Shown here: piece after piece, positions 40,339 through 51,780 of the stretch
Layout of the letters: each line of letters starts with the position of its first letter
How positions within the stretch are numbered: position 1 is the stretch's first letter
Assembly (NCBI RefSeq): GCF_001194135.2
Contig: NC_068989.1
Span: forward strand, 25,385,295-25,449,294
Direction of reading: 5' to 3'
Source of the DNA: Octopus bimaculoides
Lineage: Eukaryota
Length of the DNA stretch: 64,000 nt
The notes under the pieces: model-generated
Told to the model about the DNA's origin: nothing
Seen by the model: only the letters and a program-made list of their open reading frames with translations
Database searches by the model: none
Translations under genes and position numbers: made by a program

Positions 40339-40585
40339 TCAGTGAAAAAATAACAATAATATCACTTCATAGTCGATATAGTCAAAACAAAATGAATTGA
40401 ATAAAAGATCTAGGAACTCATCACAATTCATAATAAATGTCGCCGTACAAAAATTTTATATCGCGCCTTCTATTTACGAAGGCGGAAATAAAGAGGGATT
40501 TGTCTAAATGAAGACGACAATAACAGTGCTCCAATTTGGGGTTTACAATCTATATATTGAGAAGTATAGAAATATATTTATATGC

Positions 40586-40639
40586 AGAACATTGTTTATG
40601 AAGAAATAGTCACGCTTAATGCTACAAGCTTACTTCATG
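40586..40639 (+). repeat. 54-bp direct repeat of 38548-38601 (Helitron ORF end)
   Basis: AGAACATTGTTTATGAAGAAATAGTCAC.CTTAATGCTAC.AGC.TACTTCATG; 3 mismatches. Confidence 0.9.
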
Positions 40640-41079
40640 TAAGAAGAGATCACTGAATGTGTGAAAATTTTCAAAAATAGGAAGAAGAATAATATAACAA
40701 ATGGCTGAAAAGATATTCTCTTGTCAATCTTTTTACGAATTCTAAAGTCTTGTTTGTGGCGGAAGGATGTGAGCATGAAACAAGAAAGGAAATCACTAAT
40801 AATAGCCGCTCTTGGACAGGTTATTTGAATGAATTTGATGAAGGCAAATTGATAAACGTTTGGCAGCAAATACAGAATGTGTTACAAAACATAGCAAACT
40901 ATTAACCATCTGTTAAATGAGTGTTATAAGCTAGAACAAAAAGGTTATAAAATCAGGCAAGACTGTGTCGATAGAAAGAAATACGTTGGAATATTGGAAG
41001 CAGGGCAGGGGTCTGTGCCGTAAGGGTGCAACAACACAAGCCTCGGGCTATTATTTTAAATGACATTTACAAGACTTTA

Positions 41080-41410
41080 TGGTATGTTCCCTAATCGGCT
41101 GATTACATTACTGAAGCAAGGCCACCAAATCTGACGGTAAAGAACGCAAAGAACAATTTGTGAAAGTTTATTGCCTTTGCAGCCCCGTGTGACAGTAGAG
41201 TGGACAGCATGGGAGCTGTGAAAATTCAGGCGTATTAGGAACTTTTCAAATGAAGAGGAACACGTTCCTGTGGCAACTGGTGCATCCCGCAAAACACCGA
41301 GACTGTTAACTATCAGGCAGAAGAATGATAAAATTTACACACACATTGTCAACTTGCAAAACTGTGTTCGACAATAAACTGCAAGAGGCTTGAAAGGTTC
41401 TTAAACCTCG
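41080..41410 (+). mobile_element. R4/Dong-clade REL endonuclease remnant (old)
   Basis: ITEARPPNLTVKNAKNNL*KFIAFAAPCDSRVDSMGAVKIQAY and VPVATGA. Confidence 0.6.
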
Positions 41411-41879
41411 TTCAGAAGGTAAATGTCGTCGTTATCGTCATCTTCATCGGCTTTGTCTCGTACACGAGAAATTATTTTCTTTGCTGAACGCTTCCTCTAT
41501 AGTGATACCCTTGCTGACTTTGTAGATTAATTCATACATAGAAGAGTCGATAGCATTGACTGCATGGTACTGTTGGTGGAGGATGAGGTTGATATTGTCA
41601 TCTTTCTCTCCTGTCGCTGGATGTTTTCATTCCCTCCTCTGGTGTCTTCGAAATGTTTCGTTCCAAGGGAGAAAGGACACTGCTACTTGGTCTCCGGCCC
41701 AAGTATTTTCTTCCGACATCCTCTAAGCGAGCATAAAAAATAGAATTGCACGAGTATCGTTAAAAGAGTATATTGGAATGTGTGCCTACAACGTATATTT
41801 AAAGGAACGAATGAGGGGTATGAATACGAACCAGAGTCTATTATTGTGGACTTGCTGAAAATGCCACCTTTTTTCTGCA

Positions 41880-42465
41880 AGAATTCTAAGAAAGATTCCT
41901 ACTGAATAAATCTCATTGAAAGATTTAGAAATGTATTATTTCTAAAAAAAAAAAAGGTTCCTAAGATTTGTGGAAACAAGTCTTCATCAATTCTCGGGAT
42001 ATCCTTAAAGAACAGCTGCAAGAGAGGTAAGCCCTGTTCACTGTCAACAACACGAGTAAAGTGAATTCCATCAGAAATCGTAAGAGAAATGTTATGATTT
42101 ATACAGAAGGTGGAACATGTAAAGATTCCCATTTGGTGTACGCTGCAGAATGCACAAAACACAACTTGATTTATGTTGGTTGTACAACAGAATGATTAAA
42201 TAAAAGGTTTAATGGGCACAGATTCGACGTCAGGCCCAATTACGGTAGTTCGACAGAACTTACTGAACATTTCGTTTCAAGCAGCTGCAATTTTGAAGAA
42301 GACTTGAAAGTGCATATTCTCAGAAATTATTCTGAATTTGCCCCACTTTCGCTTCTCAGAATGTATGAGGAGAAATATGTTTGTGGGTTATTAACATCAC
42401 GCCCTGGAGGAATGAATAAGATGACAGGAGAATATCATCAAATTTATACAAAACTGTTTGATTAA
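41880..42465 (+). mobile_element. Penelope-like GIY-YIG endonuclease remnant
   Basis: GGTCKDSHLVYAAECTKHNLIYVGCTTE*LNKRFNGHRFD..ELTEHF..LKVHIL..YEEKYVCGLLTSRPGGMN. Confidence 0.85.
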
Positions 42466-43477
42466 ATATTCTTCTTTCTCTCTTTTCCTTTCCTTCTTTT
42501 CAGTCGTCTTCTTTTTTCTATTTTTTCTGTCTTTTTTCTTTACGCCCCTTATTAAATTGTAACTTAAAAACTGNNNNNNNNNNNNNNNNNNNNNNNNNNN
42601 NNNNNNNNNNNNNNNNNNNNNNNNNNNNNNNNNNNNNNNNNNNNNNNNNNNNNNNNNNNNNNNNNNNNNNNNNNNNNNNNNNNNNNNNNNNNNNNNNNNN
42701 NNNNNNNNNNNNNNNNNNNNNNNNNNNNNNNNNNNNNNNNNNNNNNNNNNNNNNNNNNNNNNNNNNNNNNNNNNNNNNNNNNNNNNNNNNNNNNNNNNNN
42801 NNNNNNNNNNNNNNNNNNNNNNNNNNNNNNNNNNNNNNNNNNNNNNNNNNNNNNNNNNNNNNNNNNNNNNNNNNNNNNNNNNNNNNNNNNNNNNNNNNNN
42901 NNNNNNNNNNNNNNNNNNNNNNNNNNNNNNNNNNNNNNNNNNNNNNNNNNNNNNNNNNNNNNNNNNNNNNNNNNNNNNNNNNNNNNNNNNNNNNNNNNNN
43001 NNNNNNNNNNNNNNNNNNNNNNNNNNNNNNNNNNNNNNNNNNNNNNNNNNNNNNNNNNNNNNNNNNNNNNNNNNNNNNNNNNNNNNNNNNNNNNNNNNNN
43101 NNNNNNNNNNNNNNNNNNNNNNNNNNNNNNNNNNNNNNNNNNNNNNNNNNNNNNNNNNNNNNNNNNNNNNNNNNNNNNNNNNNNNNNNNNNNNNNNNNNN
43201 NNNNNNNNNNNNNNNNNNNNNNNNNNNNNNNNNNNNNNNNNNNNNNNNNNNNNNNNNNNNNNNNNNNNNNNNNNNNNNNNNNNNNNNNNNNNNNNNNNNN
43301 NNNNNNNNNNNNNNNNNNNNNNNNNNNNNNNNNNNNNNNNNNNNNNNNNNNNNNNNNNNNNNNNNNNNNNNNNNNNNNNNNNNNNNNNNNNNNNNNNNNN
43401 NNNNNNNNNNNNNNNNNNNNNNNNNNNNNNNNNNNNNNNNNNNNNNNNNNNNNNNNNNNNNNNNNNNNNNNNNNNNN

Positions 43478-43640
43478 CAGGACTGGGCAGCCAGAGATAA
43501 TATGATTTATTGTTTCTTGTCGATCTCCACATATTCTACAGTTACTTGTTATATTTCTTTTCATTATGTGTTTTTGGTAATTTCTGGTGGGGAGGCTTTG
43601 GTCTTGTGCAGCAATTAAAAATCCTTCAGTCTCTGCTTTG
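43478..43640 (-). mobile_element. R4/Dong-clade LINE fragment (family B), running into an assembly gap
   Basis: KAETEGFLIAAQDQSLPTRNYQKHI..CRICGDRQETINHIISGCPVL; its 5' truncation abuts (TAA)n. Confidence 0.85.
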
Positions 43641-43659
43641 ATTATTATTATTATTATTA

Positions 43660-43686
<27 letters not shown>

Positions 43687-43696
<10 letters not shown>

Positions 43697-45140
43697 GATT
43701 ATTATTCAGTAGGCTTATTTTTATCACGTACTTTCACTGCACTACCGAGCACAGCTGTGAGTTCCTTGGGTATGTGTTGTGGTTTGTTGCGGTGCTCTTA
43801 TTTTCACTGTATTGAAATTGTTTTACGTAGGATATGTATGCTGTCTAGTAATGCTATTTTCTGTATGTTATATATACTTGTAAGTCCTTGTTTTTTGTTA
43901 TGTATTTGTCTGAGTTTAAAAAAAAAATCATACCTAATGCGCATATTATGATAGGAATTGTTTTGTTTTTAGGCTTCGCATTCGTGATACCATTATTTCT
44001 AGATCTTTGTATTTTGAAAGTTTCTCCGTTCCTTTTAGAGAAACATTGCCATCTGTTGGTATTGATACATCGATTAGAAAGCCTCTTTTTTCTTGGTGAT
44101 CTCTGATAACTATATCCAACTTATTGGCCTTAATTTCTCTATCTGTGTGTATTGGCACATCCCAAAGTATAGTTGCTTTCCCATTTACTGCGACCTTTTC
44201 TGGCATGTGCCGATGCCATCTTTTTTCTGCTGTTATTCCATAGTTTTGGTATAACTTTCAGTGTATATAAGTCCGAACTGTGTCATGTCTTTGAATATAT
44301 TCCTTCTTAACCAGGACTGGGCAGCCAGAGATAATATGATTTATTGTTTCTTCTCCATCACCACATATTCTGCAGTTATTTGTATTTCTTTCCATTACAT
44401 GTTTTTGGTGATTTCTCGTGGGAAGCCTTTGATACTGAGCTGCAATTAAAATTCCTTCAGTCTCGGCTTTGACCCCTGAGTTTCTCAGCCATTGTTGGGA
44501 TTTTTCGTAGTATGATTTCTTTTTTGTATTTGTCAGCTTCTTTAAAGACTGAACACAGTTTTTTGTTTTGTTCGTGATTTGTAGCTATTTGTATTAGTTT
44601 TCCTTGATTCTGAAGTAAGTATTTCTGTAGTCCTATGGTGTTTGTTATAGTTTCTTTTAGCTGTATAAGAACTCTACCACCTTCGACAAGTTGTATGTCA
44701 CATTTGGGTGGTGCATCCTAAATCTATTTATTATTTTTCTTGTTTCCTTGTTTATGTTAGAGTCCGATTAAGAATATTGTAGCTGTAACATATAACTGGA
44801 ACGACACCTATTATCTAGTTTTTCGAATTGGCTCTGTTTCGATATTAATCTAAATCTTCTATATTATTCCTTTCGTATCTTCTCTTTCGTATGCTTGTGT
44901 TGTATTGTATCTCGTTTACTGATTCCTAAGTATTTGTATGCATGGTTTTGGTTTAATCCCCTTATTCCAGTTGCTTTATCTAGTGTGATGTTGTTACGCT
45001 TAGTTTGTTTTACCTCTTTTCAATGTTACTTTGGCACATTTTACTAAGCCAAATTTCATGTTTATTTCTTTGATAAATCTATGTCCTGTCTGTAGTAATG
45101 TTTCTAGCTGTTTATGATTTTTAACATACAGTTTTAGATC
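43687..45140 (-). mobile_element. R4/Dong-clade LINE (family B), RT thumb to 3' end
   Basis: DLKLY, MKFGLVKCAKV, YKYLG, RMHHP, CCHC finger and ILWDVPIHTDREIKANKLDIV..LIDVSIP..EKLSKYKDL. The 3' terminus is followed by (TAA)n. Confidence 0.9.
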
Positions 45141-45376
45141 AAGAGAGGTTTGATTGTTTTGCCGTAACAGTTGTAGTCACATCCAGTCCTGTTACACAAT
45201 TTACACATGACGCCGGCCTTCTTCGTATGTTTCAACAATGGCTCCACGGCATTGTTTTACATACCATCCCAAGCTGCAGTTCTATATTTAAGAGATGAGG
45301 AATTATGTACATTATTTACATTTGACGGATATTAGTAGCCCGCGCCGTTAACCACTATGCCATATACCGTGACTAC

Positions 45377-45440
45377 ATATGGCATATGGTTAAGAGTTAC
45401 TAACCCCAATATTCCGAGTTCGATTCCAGGCAGTGACCTG
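45377..45440 (+). promoter_or_regulatory. tRNA-like Pol III internal promoter (A and B boxes)
   Basis: TGGCATATGGTTAAG (A-box-like, 45380) and GAGTTCGATTCC (B-box-like, 45416-45427). The opposite arm preserves GGCATAGTGGTTAA..GCGCGGGCTACTA. Confidence 0.65.
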
Positions 45441-45468
45441 AATAATAATAATAATAAAAATAAAAATG

Positions 45469-45532
<64 letters not shown>

Positions 45533-45584
45533 TAACATCGAAAAAATACCTTAGGAATGAGAATCCAGGTTTGACATTTCCCCA

Positions 45585-45631
45585 AGGCACCTGATGAAGG
45601 GTGGAGAGTATATCAGCCGAAAAGTTGTGTT
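45585..45631 (+). ncRNA. Minimal type I hammerhead ribozyme motif (two substitutions from canonical)
   Basis: GGCAC-CTGATGA-A-GGGTG(GAGAGTATAT)CAGCC-GAAA-AGTT|GTGTT. Stem I is GGCAC/GTGTT and stem II is 4/5 paired. The position after GAAA is A where C is expected. Confidence 0.55.
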
Positions 45632-46378
45632 AACAACAAACAAGATGAGGACAAATATCTGTCAAATGTAAATAATGTAAATAATCCACCCTAAGCTGTT
45701 TTCTTCTGCCTCGATATAGTTCTGGGAATTGATTAACCCTCTCCCAACCTTTCTTCTGGACAAGTACAGTCTATCCATGTCACTTCTTAGTGTTGAAGAC
45801 TCCGTGTACTCTCATCTTTTTTCTGGCTTCGTTATCGATTTTCATCATTTCTCACTTTTGCCATTTTATAATTACCTGCTTGGATCTTATTCCATCCGAT
45901 CAATTTTGAATGCAACACCAAACTTTGTCTTCGGAAATATGCCGAGTTGTTTTTTCATTTCGTTCTCCTTTATCTCGTCGAACTCTAGTACATCAAGGTA
46001 CTTGTATCCTTGCGTTTCAACTTGTTTAATCAAGTCTCTATTCGGTAATTCTATCCCTGTTAGGAACTGTACTTTGCTTCTGTTTAGGTAGATTATTCTG
46101 CAAATCCAAGTTATCCGAGTTCCATTCTAATATCAGCACTAAAACAGTGGACCGTGTTCCCCAAGTAACTTACTTGTGCCTCATCCTTGCCATACAGTTT
46201 CAACTCATTTATGAAGTGGAGGTGGCTGATAGTTTAGGATTTCCCATTAGGTGTACCTCAGATTCATTTTTCTAAGTACAAAGGCCAGGGATATCATAAA
46301 GAGAACAAAAAGCAACTGAGATATGCTATAACCTTGGAACCCAGGGTGCCCAAGCATTTCCGTAATTGCCAGTTCAGC

Positions 46379-46410
<32 letters not shown>

Positions 46411-46436
46411 ATTATTATTATTATTATTATTATTAT

Positions 46437-46828
46437 TGAGTGAGAGGGCAGTGCATGCCATCAAAGTGACACTGAGGTAAAACATACAAAGCCCATTATA
46501 CCCATCATGACTACCCGTCTGATAAGGGTACACCAGGCACATGCATCACAACCATATGCGCGCGTCATGGTAATCTTATATCAACACATGGCTATGATGC
46601 TCCCCCACGACTTCTGCTCATGATCAGAGACGCACATATCGTCAGCCACCAAGGGACATCCTCAACTGTTTAAGGTCAAACAACTGACAAACAAATCTGT
46701 GGCATTGAGCAGAATATTTATTGTAGCCCATCTTTTATACCAAGACAAAACAATGTACATGATAACACTTCCAATTAATTAAGATCAGAAACCATGAGAG
46801 CCACTGCCTGGTACTGCATCGGACATTT
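46437..46828 (-). repeat. Dispersed repeat family A, copy 2 (internal ~165-bp deletion)
   Basis: Reverse complement of 104-663, lacking the segment between TTGA at 350-353 and TTGA at 516-519. Confidence 0.85.
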
Positions 46829-46909
46829 CTTCTTCTTGTTCTTCTTCTTCTTCTTCTTCTTCTTCTTCTTCTTCTTCTTCTTCTTCTTCTTCTTCTTCTT
46901 CTTCTTCTT

Positions 46910-46974
<65 letters not shown>

Positions 46975-46999
46975 CATCATCATTATTATTATTATTATT
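46829..46999. repeat. (TTC)n(TTA)n compound microsatellite
   Basis: Direct reading. Confidence 0.95.
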
Positions 47000-47830
47000 C
47001 AGTTATCGTATTTTTATCACGTATTTTCATTGCACTATCGAGCGCAGCTCTGTTTGCCTTGGTTATGTGCTATGGGTTTGTTGTGCTCTTATTTTCACTG
47101 TATCGAAAGTGTTTTACGTAGGATGTGTGCGGTGCCTAGTAGTGCTATTTTCTCTATGTTATATATACTTGTAAGTCCCAACTCTGTCGTGTCTGTGAAT
47201 ATATTCCTTCTTAGCTAGGACTGGCCAGACAGAGACAATATAATTTATTGTTTCTTCTCCATCACCACATATCCTGCAGTTACTGGCTTTATTTCTTTTC
47301 ATTACGTGTTTTTGGTTATTTCTGCTGGCAACGCTTTGATCGTGTTCTGCAATTAAAAAATCTTTCATTCTCTGCTTTCAGTCCTCAGCTTCACAGCCAT
47401 TGTTGGGTTTTCATTTTGTCTATTTCTTTTCTGTTTAGCTTAACCCAATATTTGCCATTGCTTTATCATGATCCGTTTCTATTCCAGGTTTAGTTTGGAT
47501 TTCAGTTATTTTACAGTTTTTATTGTTTCTTCTTTTCTTCATAGTTGTTAAGTACTATGACGTCTTTGTATCTGTCAGCTTCCTTAAATACTGAAAGAAG
47601 ATTTTTTGTTTTGTTCATGTACTGGGGCTATTTGTATTAGTTTTCCTTGCTTCTGAAGCAGGTATATTTGTAGTCTTATGGTGGTTATTTTGTAATAATT
47701 TTGTCCCTTGTATATGGCCTCTACCACCTACGATACATTGTATATATATGGCGTTTCTATGTCAGATTTTGGGTGGCGTATCCTAAATACTATCACCATT
47801 TTCCTTTTCCTGTCTATTTTGATTCGTTCA
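47000..47830 (-). mobile_element. R4/Dong-clade LINE (family B), 3' portion with internal deletion
   Basis: The 3' end matches 43687-43760. FLIAEHDQSVASRNNQKHV..CRICGDGEETINYIVSVWPVLAKKEYIHRHD. Confidence 0.85.
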
Positions 47831-47884
47831 TTTAGTGTCCAGTTAAGAATATTGTAGCTATAGTTTGTAACTGGGAAGGAGTGT

Positions 47885-47905
47885 TGTTACCTATTATTAT
47901 TATTA

Positions 47906-47964
<59 letters not shown>

Positions 47965-48055
47965 GTTGTTGTTATTGTTTTTGTTGTTGTTGTTGTTATT
48001 ATTATTATTATCATTATTGCTGCATGTTCTTCTTCTTCTTCTTCTTCTTCTTCTT

Positions 48056-48114
<59 letters not shown>

Positions 48115-48131
48115 TATCATCATCATCATTA
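47885..48131. repeat. Compound (TAT)(TGT)(TAT)(TCT)(CAT) microsatellite
   Basis: Direct reading. Confidence 0.95.
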
Positions 48132-48468
48132 TGAGTGAGAGAACAGTGCATGCTAACAAAATGACACTGGAGTAAAATTTACGAAGGCCAATATACCCAT
48201 GATGACAACCTATCTAATAAGGGTATATCAGGTACATGCATCACAACCATAATAGTTGTGTAAGCATGTTGAAAGACATAGCCATATTCCCAGGGCTGTA
48301 TTATTCTAATCCCCAAAATTACTCTCAACACATCGCTCTGATGATTCTCAACTGCTTCTGCCCGTCATCAGTGATGCAAATATCGTCAGTCACGAAGAGA
48401 CATGTTCAAATGGTTAAGCTCAACTGACAACAAATCTGTGGTGTTGAACAGAAAATTAGCTGTAGCAC
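48132..48468 (-). repeat. Dispersed repeat family A, copy 3 (diverged)
   Basis: Aligns with 46437-46730 and the reverse complement of 104-663. Confidence 0.75.
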
Positions 48469-48469
48469 A

Positions 48470-49570
48470 TATGATTATTATTGTATGTTTGACTTTTGCT
48501 TTGTATTTGTACAATTTGACTCCAAGTCTCACTCAGGAACCTGAAGAGACAGCAAGCTAGAAGTTCATGTTGGTGTTATGCCAAGGGCGTTATATATTTG
48601 ATTTTGCACATGGTATTGTTCAAGAGAATGTTTAGGAAAACAAGAAAATTATGAGTTTGCTTTAAAATTTGAGATTACATATTATTTTACGTAGGACATG
48701 TCAGTTCCCATGAGTACTATATTTTGAATATCTGCAAGTTTGGGGTTTCCTGCTATCTTAGTTAGGTAGGAATCAACCCCTTTTGCTATCGTTCTTAGGG
48801 CATCTATGACAACATGTATTTTTTTTATTCTTGAGGTTCCACATTTTGCCAATTTCTATTTCAAAATCTTTATACTTGCTCAGTTTTTGGTAGGTGTTGA
48901 CAAATACATTTATGTCGATTGGGAGTCATATTAATGAGGAGGCATGGTTTTGTCTGAAGTCTTTCCATGTAATGTCTGGCCTATTCGCAACTATTTTTCT
49001 GTCAGTTTGAATGGTGAAGTTCCAGTAAGATGTGATCATTTTCAAGCACCGGAGGTGGTTTGTGTTCCCACCAGTCTTTATCATGGGGCAGGTCTGGGTT
49101 TTTGCAAATTACCCAGTGAATATATTGTGCCGGTCTATCATGACTGTTGAGATACTCTGTAGGCACAAGATGACAGCACATGGAGACAGCATGAGCAATG
49201 CTTTCATTTTGTTGTTTTCATACACAACATGTTGGTGTACTACCGTTCTTTAATATGTTGGCCTCTCCTTGTAGGTTGGCACTGATCTTGGGATGTTATA
49301 ATAAACCTTTATGTTTCTGATTTTAAGCCAGAAGACACTAGATATTAATGGATAAGAGCTTTGTCAACATCGGCATTATTATCTCTCATTGAATGGTTTT
49401 TCTTGCTACTTATCAGTAAGAATATCTAAAGCAGCAGTTTTAGCACGGGTTATCATACGCTTAGCTTTTCCCCTGCTTGTTTCCAGTACGTCTAATTCTG
49501 GAAGTTGTATTTGGAATTCACTTAGATATTCTTTTGCCTATTTTCTTACTGAGTATGATGTTTTCTTGTT
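48470..49570 (-). mobile_element. R4/Dong-clade LINE 3' portion (REL domain and 3' UTR)
   Basis: HDRPAQYIHWVICK..DWWEHKPPPVLENDH, KLSKYKD and terminal QNIVLMGT..LRKI. Confidence 0.8.
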
Positions 49571-49579
49571 TTCATTAGG

Positions 49580-49960
49580 TAGTTGGTAGCGATTTACTTC
49601 ACTACTTCAGGGAGTGACGATCCTGCCTGACTCGAGTCTCGGGCTCTGCTGGCTCCGGCTGACAGTAACCAGTATGGGCCCCTATCCAGGGTTACGGAAA
49701 GGAGACAACCTTCAAGGAAATCTGGAGTGAAGCCCAGTAGGCGGTTTAGTGTACGATTCGACAGTCTTTCGGCAGCTCCTGCAACCGAGCTGGTGCCAAA
49801 CGTAATGCTCTGCACTCTTTTGGACTACGTCAACAAGGTCGAGAGAGGAATCCTGACAATTGGGCAACCCAGGATTTCCTTACATCTAACCTTGGCCTGC
49901 GCAAAACTGGAGAAGAAACTGGACAGGACATGAAATGTAAAAACCAGACTGGATTAGTTT
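49580..49960 (+). mobile_element. Probable RTE-clade LINE 5' UTR fragment
   Basis: GC-rich insert in the opposite orientation to the flanking R4 pieces. GGCAGCTCCTGCAACCGAGCTGGTGCCAAACGTA resembles RTE 5' leaders (from recall, not verified by search). Confidence 0.4.
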
Positions 49961-51420
49961 ATGCCCAACTCCATTATCTCCCGAGACAAAACGATGCCAA
50001 CAACAACAATGATGTTTTCTTGCATTCATGCTTTCAGACAAGTTTCAATATCCAGTCATCAAAGTTTTTCAAGTAGGTATTTAGGCCAAGAGTGGCAATT
50101 TTCATTGTTAAGACCACAGCCACCCGCTTTTTTGGCAGGTAAAGTGGTTCTATATATGTTTTAGGGTGCTGCTATCTGTGCAGTGTCAACTATTTTCATA
50201 TTTTTCTGTCAAGATTATATATTTCAGTGATTGACCAGTTAATGATATTGAAACTGTAATCCACGACTCGTATGGCTAAAGTATCGATCGCTTCGATCCT
50301 GTTTCTTGCATTCAGCTATGTCTTGAGCATTGCTCTTACCATGTGATAACATTCTATTATGGTCCTTTCCATCATCACTGAATGTTTGATTCTGTCGTTT
50401 TTCCTTTGATAAAGGTAGATTCGCACATTTATCGAGGCCACATTGCATCCTGATGTCATCACTGTATTGTTTAACAATCGCTAGTAAGTTTTGTAGTTGT
50501 TGGTCATTTTTTGCAAAAGGCTTTAAATCATTCATGTAAATGAGATGACTTATATTTTTATCAAACATTTTATAACTATATTGTACAACATTGAACAATT
50601 TCGAGAGAGGCGTTAAGTCTAGACAAAAGAGTGGTGATAGAGAGTCACCCACGAAAATGTCACATAAAGTTCTTACATCTCCAGCATTGAGAGTTTCCTT
50701 GTCAAAGTCAGTGTGGTTCTCCATGATACTGACAAGAAGTTTTGCTGAGCAGGTGCTATTTTATATATTTCCAGACATTTCTTAATCCAGCAATGTAGTA
50801 GACTATCAAAAGCGTTTTTACAGTCTATCCAAGTTTTTGTGACGTTTGTGACAATCTTCCAAGATCATCCTTTTGATGAATAGCTGGTCTTTACAATCAT
50901 AGAACCCACATTTACATCCTTTTTGCTCATTTGGGAATATGTCACTTTCTACTAAAAACTATAGGTATATTCAGTCAAGACAGATGTTAGTATTTTATAC
51001 ATTATTGTTAAGCAGATTATGGGTCTATAATTTTTTGGTTTATTTGTTCCGTCATTTTTTGGAAGTAGGAATGTAACAGTCAAGAGGGAATCATACTAGG
51101 TTGTTGCTAAACATTGTTTTAAAGTTTTATTAGCAGTTCATGACTCTCTGGGAAGGCATTCAACCAGAAGTTAGGAATTTTATCCTCTCCTGGAGACTTC
51201 CATTTGTTTGACTTCCTGAGAGCAGATATTACATCCTCTACCTTGATACCATCACACCTTTGCTCTTCTAAGGAGTCTAAGTCTGTAGTTATTCTATCAA
51301 TCCGAGGGCCCTTTTCATTGTGTGTTTTTTTCTTCTGCCTAAATTTAATTCCAAAATTTCTGCACTTCTTTTAATGGGGCAGAATTTATGGAACTGGTAT
51401 TTTCCCTATCTCCCTGTAAA
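49960..51420 (-). mobile_element. R4/Dong-clade LINE RT domain remnant
   Basis: IFVGDSLSPLFCLDLTPLS..ISHLIYMNDLKPFAKNDQQL..DIRMQCGLDKCA, plus the upstream KSPGEDKIPNFW motif. Confidence 0.85.
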
Positions 51421-51474
51421 AATTGTTTGGGTTAATTGTGAAAATTTATCAACCTTTCAAGGTTGATAAATTAA

Positions 51475-51692
51475 GTAACAGTTCAGTACTGGGTTCAAAT
51501 TCATCGACTGTGACCCCCACCTCACAAAAATGTGCCATTTTGTCTGTGTTTACGTTCTGAGTTCCGTCGAACTCGACTTTGCCTTTCATCCTTTTGGGAT
51601 CTATAAAATAAATAACAGTTGAGTACTGCGGTCAAGGTAATTGGCAATCCTCCTCCCCTAAATTCTCAGACCTTGTGTCTATATTAGAAAAG

Positions 51693-51755
<63 letters not shown>

Positions 51756-51780
51756 TCTAATTTTGGCACAAGGCCAACAT
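51475..51780. mobile_element. SINE-like family B fragments around a (TAT)n tract
   Basis: GTTCTGAGTTC..CGACTTTGCCTTTCATCC (sense) and TTTTGGCACAAGGCC (antisense). Confidence 0.6.

Larger units (their letters stand above)
45277..45685. mobile_element. Foldback element with head-to-head tRNA-like heads, (TAA)n and hammerhead motif
   Basis: 13-bp TSD CCATCCCAAGCTG / CCACCCTAAGCTG (11/13). The left end is the inverted copy of the right end. Central symmetry CCACTATGCCATAT-11 bp-ATATGGCATATGG. Same termini as 26783-26917. Confidence 0.85.
45140..46290 (-). mobile_element. R4/Dong-clade LINE (second subfamily) RT fragment, interrupted at 45277-45685
   Basis: ISHLHFINELKLYGKDEAQV and YKYLD. YIEAEENSLGWYVK reads through once the insert and one TSD copy are removed. 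Confidence 0.8.

Noticed and set aside
45377-45440. Functional tRNA gene
   Set aside because: Acceptor and T stems do not pair and the D/anticodon region is partly deleted; it is a SINE-type head.
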